From contig CARNVA010000007.1 in assembly GCA_949031345.1 (NCBI GenBank), positions 8,768-72,767 of the forward strand: DNA of 64,000 bases, read 5' to 3'. The notes under the pieces were generated by a model. The model saw nothing but the letters and a program-made list of their open reading frames with translations. It did no database searches and was not told the origin of the DNA. A program made the position numbers and the translations under genes. This document shows, in pieces, positions 46,601 to 58,600 of this stretch. Position 1 is the first letter of the stretch, and every line of letters begins with the position of its first letter. Source of the stretch: an uncultured Eubacteriales bacterium. GTDB lineage: Bacteria; Bacillota; Clostridia; Christensenellales; UBA1242.

Positions 46601-49600
46601 CGTCTTCTTTATTGATTGTGTCATTTCTGTCAAACACTTTGCTTGTGCTGTCAAGATTAAGCACAACCTTTTCGATTGTGAAATCAACATCAAGCAGATA
46701 TGAAGAGAAGTTTCCTCTTCCGCTGATAGTGATGTCTGCCTCGCTGTAAGAAGCTGCATTGATTGCACCATCTGCTGTCAAGGTAAGATTTTCAAGAGCA
46801 AGCACTTTAAGGAAGCCATCAAGCTCTTTCACCTCATCTCCATCAACATAAGTAAGAGTGATGGTTGAGCTTGCCTCGCCAAGAGTGATAACCCACTTTC
46901 CAGCAAGGTTGTCATAAGTAAGAGTGATGGTTGGTGCTTTCTTAGTGTATGTGACAACAAGAGGGTTGTCAACGCGGATGGTAACTTCAACATCAGATTG
47001 GTTGATTGTGAAGATTGCATCCTCAGTGATTGTAACATAGAAGTTGTCATTGCTTGGTCTTCCCACAGTAAATCTGTAAGTGCCAATGCTTTCTCCGCTT
47101 TCTCTTGAAAGAGAGATTGTGAGCTCTTGCTGAGCGTCACCTTCAAACATGGTTGTATCAAAGGTAAATTCAGGATCGGTATTGCCAAACAGTTTTGACC
47201 TAAGCGCGCTTGGAATGTCATCCATGCCCACAACGATTTCTGCCTGAGCAACAGCAATTTGAATTTCACTATCAAGTGAAGCAGAAGAAAGGTCAAAGAT
47301 TGTTTCATCTGCAACAAGTGAAACAGTGTATGTGCCAGCAAGTTTGATTTCGCCAACATTTACTCCAGTCTTATCTTCAGTGAGTGTAAGACTGTATGAG
47401 CTGTCAGCTTTGCCAAGAAGGTCAGCAACCTTTTCTCTGCCAAGCCCTGCGCCAGTGAAAGTCACATAAAGCTCTGGAAGGTAATCTTTGTTTTGGTAAA
47501 CAAATTTGATGTCACTAAGCTCCATAGCACCAAGCACAAGTCTTTCAACAGTCACATTGAAGCTAAGCTCAAGTGATTTTGGTTGATATCCAGACCTGCT
47601 TGCTGTAATTGTGAGAATATATTCTCCGTTTGAGGTAGTATTTGTTGGAAGAGTAAATGTGTCACTAGTTGCCACTTCAACTCCACCCTTTGTAATGCGG
47701 TATGTGTAAGAAATGAGACCATTTCTGTTTGTAATATCACCCTCGCCACCAAGCATTCTGTCAAGAGTGATTTCTTCCTTGCCGTTGAGGTCAATCTTAG
47801 CCGAGAAGGTAATGTCTTGACTTTCTCCATCTGGAGTTTCAAGCAACCAGTTTGCAGTCACGCTATCTGCGGCAATGCCAGCCTCAGCTGAAGCTGTAAG
47901 AGTGTTTCCTGCAATGGTGAGTTTGTCATTTGCGCTTATCCAGCTTTCAAATTCAAAACCTTTAATGTCACCCTCATGGTCGTCTGCTTCTGGGCTTGGC
48001 AGTGAAACGCTTGAGCCAAGTTTGACATAAACATAACCTGTGTCGCCCTTGCCTTCACTTGCAATATCACCAAGTCTGAGCATAATTGCTTTGTAGTCAG
48101 TCACAAACGCAACAATGGTTGCATCGTCACTCACCTCTCTAGTCTCTGTGCGAGCTGCTGCCCCTTCAAGAGTGTTGAGAACGGTGGTCAACTCAGTAAT
48201 TTGTTCTGCCTCATTTTCGCTAAGCTCACTCCATTGAAGCACATTCATTGTGCCGCCAATTTCAAGACTAAGTGAAAGTGAAACTCCCTTTTGAATGAGA
48301 ATGTATGCACGACTTTGTCCATTTCCAACGATTGAGAATATAAGCTCGCCTTCGCTGGTCATGAAGTTGAGGTCTCCGTTTTCAAGAGTGCCTTTAATTC
48401 CTACATTTGTCTGTTCAAAGCCAGTTGCTTTAACCACATTTGCACTATTATCAGCAAGCGTAAAGTCACCAGCATTGAAATATTTAGTTTGAAGGTCAAT
48501 TCTGTAAGCTTGGTCAGTTGAGATAATTTTAAAGAAACTGTCTTCTGCAAGCAAGATTTCAAAATTTTCCTTTCTTTCCACACCCATTGCATCAACAGCT
48601 GAGTATTCATAAATAAACTCTGATGCAAGGTTGTAAACTTTTATAACTTTGTCATTTGTATTAACTTTATTGACTTTTATGTCAAAGGTCTCTACACCAG
48701 CTGAGGTAACAAATCCCAAATTCCTCACCGTGTGAGCGGCATCTTTGTAATAACCTTTTTCTTTGAATGAAAGGATGATTTGTGCCTTCTCAACCTTTGC
48801 CTTGAGGCTGTCATCTGTCACGAATGTGACAAAGCCACCCTCTATTGAAAGTCCGCTGTAGTTTGAAATATCAAAACCGCCAGCATTATTTAAATAATAT
48901 TTAACTGCAAAGCTGTTTCCGGCTTCATATAAGCCTTTATCATCAACAAGCTCTACTCTATCAATGCTCAATTCTCTATTATCCGCACCATCTTCTGCAT
49001 AAGTCACCTTTCCAAGACTGTTGAGTTGCTCGTCAGTAGAAGTTGGATAATAAACATTTGTGCCTGAATAGAATGTAGAAAGCTTTGCATTCGCTATACT
49101 TACAACGCTCCTAAGAATTGCCACATTTACTTCACTTGATGAAAGTGTTCTTGTTTGACCTGTCAAGTTGTCTTTAATTTCGAGTACGAAAATCGCTTTT
49201 GAAGAAAGCACATTCTTTTGCATCAAACTGAAATCACTTGCAGCGTTTGTTCTCACGCCATCAAGCAAATAATAATAGCCTGTTATTTCATCACCATTGC
49301 CTTGAACACCAATGCTTAATACTTCATTGCCATCCACATATATGCCAGAGGTGGCAACAGCCTGTTCTCCACCATTATAAGTGAGAGTTGTGCCTGTTGT
49401 CACAAGGCTGATATAAGAATAATCTGCCTTAACCTGCCATACTGGGCTGAGGGTGATATCTCTTGTTCCATTAACTATTTCATAAAGCTCATCATCACTT
49501 ACAACGAAACCTGTGCCATTGATAAACTCGCTTGCGAAAGTGAAAGCAGAGCCATCAAAGGTTGCAAATGTTCTTGTCCCCCACATCAAAGCTTTAAGGT

Positions 49601-52600
49601 CATAGCCTGGTCTTGTAAAGATGAGGGAATTGAATTTTGCTGCTATGTTTTCATCATATCTGATTTCAAATTGAGTTGTTCCAGAAATTGTGTAATAGCG
49701 TTTTTCATTTGTTTCAATTGTCACATTGTAAGCCTTTGCCACAATGCTGACTGTAATATTTGTATGAGCTTCAAGACCCAAAATTGTGAGAGTATTTTCT
49801 GTCAGAATATACTTTTCACTTTCAAGCCCTGAAACCTCGCCAAGCTCATATCCTTTTGCAAGGCTGAAGGTAAAGAGTTTTGTTGCACCGTTGAAATAGC
49901 GCACTTCAAGTTTTGTTCCACTCTCGTTAAAGCCGTCATATTTTACTGAGTTGTACTTGTCAACATTGCCTGTAATATCGATTACGAGGTTGTAAACAAG
50001 TCCCCAAGCAGCTTTAAGGTCAAGAGTGTGGTCAGCGCTTCTGAAATGCTGGCTGACAAGAAGTTGACCTTCAGCGAAAGTCTCAACAATTTGAGCCTGT
50101 GTGCCTTTGTTTTCAATCTTATGCCATACATATTCTTCATCGTCTGATTGAGTAAGAGTTGGAATGTTTGTCATTGGCTTGCCATATTCATACTGTCTTG
50201 TCACAGTTTGTTGTCCAGCTTCTGCCCCTGCAAAGTCAACGCCTTTTCTGTCAGTCTTATCAAATGTGACTGTATAAATTACACCTTCAAACACCGCTTT
50301 TAAGGTAATTCCATTTTTGTCATAACGCTCCTGCTCTGGCACGCCGCCGCAGATTGCTTTGATGACATCAACAAGTTTTGCATTGAGTGCAAAGTTGTTT
50401 GTCAAGCCTTCTGCCCAAGCTTCTTGAGTGTAAGTGCCAATGGCTGCAGTGTATGTCTTGTTTGCAAATAAATCACTAAGAGTGAAGTTTTCACCTTTTG
50501 TAATGTCATATTCGCCACTTATGTCACCGCTCTTTTCGGCGATTTCAGTGCCGTCTGGAGTGACATAACTTGTTGCGAATGAGAATTTCATTGGTGAAAT
50601 TTCAATATTTACATTTGTTGTATCTTTGATTGTATCAATGATTGCTTCCCCAGTTCTGAGATTGTTTGGCTTAGACTCAGTAAAACCAAAGCTCTTTTCT
50701 GGAGTCACTTCAAAACCAGTCCACATATAGAAATCGTTTGAAGTAATTTCAATTCTGATATCGTGTGTGTATAAAACTTTATAAACATCATTTCCGTCAA
50801 CATTTGTTGGAGAAATTTTTCTATCTTCATCAATGTCAAACACAGCAATGCTTGCATTTGAATAAGAGATGTTTACATCAATTTCGTCCTCTTTCCAACT
50901 TGCATAGAAGGTAATTCCTGCCAAATTATCTCTTTCAAGAGAGGCTCCGTTTATTCTTTGCCAGATGTTTTCGCCTGTATTTACAGTTGCGCCAGCTTCA
51001 CCCAAAACTCCACCAGTTGTCCAGCGGTCGAATATATAACCATGGTTGAGGGTAAGCTCTGGAAGGTTTCCAGCCAGCATTTCGCTGTATTTAAGGTCGC
51101 GAGATTGAACGCCAATCCAGCCTTCAGTCTCTGTGGAAACTACATAGTCACTTCCTGGCTTATTGTAGTCAACAATAATTCTCACAACAATCTCAGAAGT
51201 GTTTACTGTAAGAGTGACATTATCTGTAATTCTTGCAAGAGTAATGGTTGCATTTTTGTCATTTTGTCCACTTGCAATTGCAGCATCTATATTTGCCGCA
51301 AAAAGCGTTCTGCCAACAAATTTGTATCCTTCATCTGCAGTTACTGCAAGAGTGACAACCTCTTCCCCTTCATTATAATAAGGAAGAATTAAAGTTGTGC
51401 CAGCTGCAGTGCCGTCAATGCTCAACTGTCCGTTTGCGATTGCAAAGGTGACAGTATAAGATTTTCTTTTCCAAATCGCATTGATTTCAATTCCGATATT
51501 GCCGCCGTCAACTGCCGCTTGAAGCAGAGTTGCCTTATCATTAGCACTCATATCTCTTGAAATTGTGATTGCACTTTCGCCAACTCCAAGTTTCCAGCCG
51601 GTATTTATGTAACCTTCTCTTATCAAACGATTTCCGTTTGCAAGAATGTCTCCAATAAGGCTGTCAATGTTTCCGTTGTAAGAAAGAGACATTGGATTTG
51701 CATTTTCAAATGAGGTAATTTTGTTATTTGCGAATGTTGTCTCATATCTGTCTGCAACTGGGTTGTAGATATCACCAGAATTTCCATTCTTGTTGAAAAT
51801 GAGTGGAGTGCTTGTAATATCACCAGTGACATTTGTTGTAATTGTATAGTTTACGCTGTCATCATTGCTTAAATCATAGACAAGAGTCACCTTCTTTCCA
51901 CTTGCGATGAGTGAGTCAGAATATGTTCCACTTGTCACAGTGATGATATCACCACTAAGCAAGCCGTTTGATGAATAGAAGCCACCAACAGCATTTACAT
52001 TTTGCCCAACAAACTTGCCAAGCAATTCATTGTTTCCATCATATTGTTTTGTGATAGTAAGGGTTGAATTTGTGATTTCAATTACCTTCTTATCAACAAC
52101 GATGGTCTTTTCATAGGTTGTGGTATAAACCTCGTCAAGCCCGCCAAGTGCTTCTTTGAAAGTGAAATCTTTTGAAGTCACTGTAAAGACGATTGTGTAA
52201 GTGCCAGCTTTAAGATATTTGCCTGTTGAGTAAACTGCATCCTTAATCTCATAGTCTGTGATTATGAAACAGTTTTTATCAATCTCGCCAGTCTTTCCAC
52301 CTGCATAACTGAAGGTTGGCGCAAACTTATTATTCACAATTTCAAGAATAGTATCATCTTTCAAGTCTCCATAAGGAAGGTTTGTAAGAGATGTGTTGAA
52401 TGAAACTGTGCTTGTGCTGTCAGCAATAACTGTGGCTTGAAGGTCGTCAGCATATACGAGAGTATAGCTTTCTCCTCTGCCCACATTTGAAAGCACAATA
52501 TTTGAAAGGTTTCTCTTTCCAGCATTCTTAAGCGAAATTTTTCCGCTGATTGAAACTTCGTCATCGACGCCATTTACTGAAACAAGACCTGACAGATTTA

Positions 52601-55600
52601 TTTCGCAGCTGTTTTTATCTTTATTTACAGTGTTGTAAACAAAGTCAACTGTTCCGTCATAAACCTTGTCGATTGAATTGATTGTAAGTGTGCGTTTTTC
52701 AACTGAAATTTGTGCTTTGTCAGCATTTGCAAAATCTACGCCAGACCATTTTGCGTCAACAGCTTCTTGAGTGAGCACCACAGAAAGTGGATATTCACCA
52801 AACACTGCTTCAGCCGATGAGATCATGGTGATAAACTGGGTATAATGCTCTTTTTCCTCTGCTGGGATTGCGATTTGTTTGTCACCGCTTAAGTAATAAA
52901 TATCAAAAGTGGTTGAATAGCTTTCGCTTCCTGCAGTGATTGTAAGAGTATAATTTGTGCCGTTGTAAGTAATTGCATAGCCGGTTGCGGCATAGCCATT
53001 GTATGTATAGATAATCTTTTCATCAAAGCTTACCTGAAGTTTTCCGCTTGGTGTGCGGATTTCAAATTTAACATCAAATACATTTGCAAAATCTTCTGCA
53101 TCAATTGCATAGTTTTGTCTGTCCTCACTGCTCATAAGATTTGCCGCAGTAAGTGCATATTGTCCAATAGCCTCGCCTGCCACTCTGTCAAACGAGATGT
53201 CAACAGTGTCATTTGAGTTTTCTCTTATTGTAACTGTTGCCTTAATTGGGCTTGGGTCTTCAAGACCGAAATACTTGAAGAATTCAAAGCCGTCAGCATA
53301 GTTTGATAGACTGATAACATATTGAATAATATTTACATCAAGGTCTTGTTCATAAATTCCATCAGCAAACTGATAGACACCCTTCATATTGCTGTCAATG
53401 CTTGCCTTGATTGTGTATGTGTCAACATTTCTTACAGAAGTTGCAATTTGACCATTGCTGCCATAAACGCCTGCATTGAAGCGTAATGCATTGCCACTGT
53501 TGTCTGTGTTTGGCACATTGAGAAGGGTTGTTTGACCCTTGCTTTCTTCATTATTATTGATAATAAAGTCAAGAATTATATTTCCCTTCTGATCGGCGTT
53601 GTTGAAAGTAAGGTCTCCGCCATTGTATGAAAGAGAAATTGTATTTCTGTTGATGGTAAGCCCAACTTCCTCTGATTGAGTAACGCTTTGTGGAGCAAAA
53701 CCGTCAGAGAAGGTGTAGGTAATTGTCACAGTATAAACATCATTTAAGCTGAAGCTTGCCTGTGAATTTTCATCCACGATTGTAAATGAGTTGTCAACGC
53801 TTGAGAATATGAAGCTTGCACCCTTATCTTTGCCCACCATTGTCGCAGTGAAACCAGTCACTCCGTTTGGTGCTTGAATTTGAGTAAATTCTGAAAGAGG
53901 CAATTTGATTGATGAAACGCTTGCATAATATTCAAGTGCCTTTGTCACCTCAAAGTCAAAGCGGTCGAATTTCCACTTCGCAGTGATAGTCTCTGTTTGA
54001 CCAGCCTTAGCATTTGATATGAAGCATTTTCCATTGTCTCTGTCTTCTCTTATTGTAATGTTGCTTTCTGAAGATTCTTTGTTATAACCATTGAATGAAA
54101 GATAATCAGCCTCTCTCACTGGATTGTTAAGCACGACTTCGCCTGTGCTTGAAGAGGTATAGATTGTCTCATTTTTAGCGCCTTCCCCATTTGCTCCGCC
54201 ATTGTAATTCACATTGACTTTCACAACATCGGTCAAAACGCCATAGAAACTTGCATTTGCGTCGCCGCCATTTGGAGCAACTTCCAAACTATAACCACTT
54301 ACAAGCCCATCATCGAAGAGAGCTGCAATTGAAGTCATGTTTACACTATTTGAAACAAATGAAAGCAAAGTCAAATCATTTTCTCTTTCCACGCTCATGT
54401 CAATATTTACTTTGACTGAAACTGTGTGAGAAGCAAGATAGTTTTTGTTGAAGAAAAGCTTAAGGTCTTGAGTGCCATTTCCAACGAATGAAAGCACAAC
54501 TTGATTGTCATCAGAAATTACACTTCCCTGCTCGCCTTCAGGCAATTCTTTTGAAACATTGTCAATCAAAAGATTCGATATAAACAAGTTGTCAGACTTA
54601 TCTTTATATAATGATGAAAGAGCATTGGCAAGCACTCCACCATTTGCAGTGAGATATCTTGTGCTGTAGTCAAGCCCAAGCGCATCTCTTGAGTCAAGAA
54701 GGGTAAATCTTTTTTCATTTGTCACATTCCACTCAAAGTTTGTGTCGCGGTCATCAACATGTCCTTCAATTGCAAGGTCATAGATGTTGAACACTTTTGC
54801 ATCCTCATCATGATTTAATGTGCCTGTGTAGACCCCTGCTGGAGAACCCATCTTGAGAGTAAGTTTTGAATAAGTGTATTTGAAAGTCACCTTTCCAACA
54901 TTGAAAGGAATTTCATTTGCCTTGTTGACATAAACGGTTGTTTCAACGCCGTCAAAATAGTAAGCTGTTCCGTCAACAAAGTCAACAGTAAATCTTGCCT
55001 TTTCTATTGTGAGAACGCCGTCAAGTGTAACATAGTAATTCCCGCCCTCTTTTACAACATTTGATACAAGATTTTCATAAAGCATATCACCAAGTTTGTC
55101 TGTATCAACTTTCATTTTAAGTGATTTGCCGCTGCCAGTGTTAAACTTGCCGCTGCCATCACTGTCAAGCACTTCATAAGCACTTGGATTGAAATACTCT
55201 TCTGTTGTCTTTGGCTCTGGTTTAGTCTCAAGTTGTGACCTATCTGTTCCATCCCAGTCAAACTTATAGATAAACTGACCATAATCATTGCTTACGCCCT
55301 CAACAAATTCCTTTGTGCCATTATATATAGTTGCAAAGTGGTTGTCGAAGAAGTGAAGCTCGTTTTTAGCCATAGTGAAATCAAGCATAGCACTTGTGGC
55401 TGAATAAGAAATTGTTCCAAGTCCGATTGTTCCGTCATCTTTCAGACCATATCTTGTAAGAGTATCGGCAATTGTGATTTCAAACTTAATTGAATAATCG
55501 CCATTTTTTAACAATTTGTTTATATTAAACAGGTCAACAGTCTCAAATGAAACAGTGCCGTCGGCTGAAGTGACAATGAATTTAAAGCCTGTCACCTTCT

Positions 55601-58600
55601 CGCCATTTTTGAGCACCAGATTTTTATCTGATGCTGAATTATTGTTTCCGTCAACATTGTTTCCGCCAAGGAAACCTCTTATTACATCGCGCGAGTTGAG
55701 CAGATAGAAGATAGGTTTTCCAGAAGCAGTCACATCATCACTAAATTTGATTTGTGCAGTAGTTGTATTGTCAACCTTTTCCCAAACAGGAACAACTGCA
55801 ATATCACTTAATGATTTGAAAATTTCGTCAGTCTTAAATACGCCTGTTTGAACGCCCTTGTTGTCGCCTTCAAGTGCTGAATAAGCCCAGCCTGCCAAGC
55901 GATAACCAAGTCTGTTTACGCTGAGGGCGCCATCACTTACAGCATCAAGAATATTTGATGGAAGTGCGTCATAAGTTGCATTGATTGTTATTTGACCATT
56001 TCCGTCAATTTGACCCCAGTCACCGCCGTCCTTAGTTTCATCCCATGCATAAGTGTAATAACCGCCATCAGAATTTACCAGACTGATGATATATCTTGCA
56101 GGGTCGCGCTCGGTTGTAAGCAAAACTGGGTTGGCATTGTCATTTATTGCAAACTTATACTCTTCAGCAATAAATTGCAAGAAAAGCTCTGGAGTAAGTT
56201 TATAATTTGTGTCACCGCCACCAAGCTTGGTAATCTTTCCATCTTGAGAAAGACTGAAACCTTTGGCAACATAACCATTTTTAGTAGCGCCTGAGAAAGT
56301 TTGAGTCACAACAGGAGAAGAGGTGTCTGAAATTGTATAGTTTGCAACGCCTGTCTTTTCTGTTGTTTCGTTGAAGTAAATTTTGTCACCAATTGAAAGC
56401 TCTTTTGGTGTGCCATAACCGTTATCAACGCTTAAGATATATTTAATAATGTTCCATTGTGCAACAAGGTCAACAGTGGCAAACTTTTCGCCATCAGTTG
56501 AAGCAAACTTGTTCCATGTCTGAACGCTTGTTGCAGAAATGTCGTTGCCCGCTTCATTGAAAAGGTCAATCCAGCCCTTTCCATTAAGGATAAATGTAAG
56601 CACTCCATTTTCATCTGCAACTGTGCCATATTTGGCTGAATATGTATTGAAAGCATATCCAAGATTAAAGAAGCTGTATTTTGAAAGATTGATTTTTGTG
56701 TTGAAGGTAAGTGCGCCATCAGCCTTGATTGCATTCAGCGCGCCAGAAGTTGTTTCAGTAAGATTTTTATTCTCAAGAGTAAGCCCGCTGTCAGTGTTTT
56801 CGTAAAGTTTGCCTTCACCCGCTTCACCGGCATTGTAGTTTACAGAAACTGTCCTTCTTGCAACAAGTGCTGCCAAGTCGTTAAACACCACAGTGTTGCC
56901 CTGACTGCTGCCCGCTGTCGCAATTGCATCAACGAATGCTTGGTTTGCTTTAAGGCCATCATAAGAGCCCTCTTCTGTGCTTATCACTTCGCCGTTTTTG
57001 AGATACCAGCCAAGCAGGTAATATTGTGAGTCAAGCGCAATGCTTCCAATCTCACCGCTTAAGCTTAATACACCCTCGCTTGAGAAACTGAAAGTCAATG
57101 TTGCAAGATGAGGTGTGTCAATATCCACCAAACTTGAGTCATCTCTTACAAACAATTTGTTGATGTTAAGCTCAACTTGCTTATATTCAAAATAAACCTT
57201 CAAAATTGTGTCATAGTCGCCAAGACTAAGCTTTGCCTCAGAGCTGTTATATCCGCCCTTTTGATATTCATTCTCGTTTGCAAAGTCGTCATGGTCAGCC
57301 CCGTCATTATAAAGAGCCTTTTTTCCGTCCTGCCAAAGCTCATACTTAGCAGTGCGATATATTGCACCAGAGCCGATTGTTGTGAGTGCATAATTTACAT
57401 CAAACTCTCTGCCTTCACTGTTTGGTTTAAGCCCAACAGCACCTTGATAGAAACTATCAAAAAGCACCGCTTTGTTTTCATCAGTCACCTGAACAACATT
57501 TTCACCACTGCCATCGGATACATAATATTCAACTTTTAAGTCATAACTGCGCTCTTCGAAATAAATCTTAATCTCATAATTTATCTCGTCAGCATGACTG
57601 TAAGCTGTCTTGAATAAGTCTTTAGCAGATACAGTTGAGGTTTTATAGAATTGGCTTTGATAATAAGCGCTGTCAATATCAGTTGTGCCTTCAAAATATT
57701 TTGTGCCGTTGTTCACATTAGGCTCTTTTGTAGAGCCATCTTTTGTCTCAACGATGACAACTTTAGCCGCCTGATATTTGCCATTCTTTGTAATTTCAAT
57801 AATGTCATCTTTTGCCTGAGTTTGCCCACTTTCATCCTTTCCAGAAACAATTGGAACAAACACTCCTTGAAGATTTACTCCAAGAGCCTGTCCAGCATTG
57901 ATTGTTGCTTTGATTACATTTGAAGAGGCGTTCAACGCCAATTCTTCATCACTTGCATTTGGGTTTTCTTGATATTTTGCAAAGTCAAGGAAATTGATAG
58001 TCACTCTTGTCCTAACTGTGCCGATAAATGTGGTAATTTTGCTTCCAGTCATATATACGCCTTGAAGCTTAATGTTCCAACTTGAATAATAATCAAGACT
58101 TGGATTGCTGTTAAAGCCACCATTTGTGCCTGCAACAAACTCTGTTGTGTAAGTCTGCAAGCCTTGAATTGTTGGGTCATCACTGAAATTTTTGCTGTCA
58201 ACATTCAAGATATACTTGCTTCCAGAATGTTTATTATCTTTCAATGCATCAACGATTGAAAGATTGAAATTTGCATTGTCGTTGTATCTTACAAGGAAAA
58301 CTGGTCTGTTTGTCTCGTCAATTACACCGCCAGCAACCTGTGGAGTGCTTCCATCAAACTCTCCAGTTGTAAAACCATAGTCGCCATTTACAGAGTATTC
58401 AACAGTCTCCCCGTCTTTCTGTACCATAATCTTTGCATGAACAAAGCCACTCGCATTGTCGTCAGCATAAGGCAAAATGTTTAATCTGAATGCTGGTAAA
58501 GTTACATCTGTTGAAACTCCATCAACATCAACAGGTGTGATATCAACATCAACAAATTCTCTTTCAACAACCAGATAAAGCTCGCCACCATTGCCAACAA

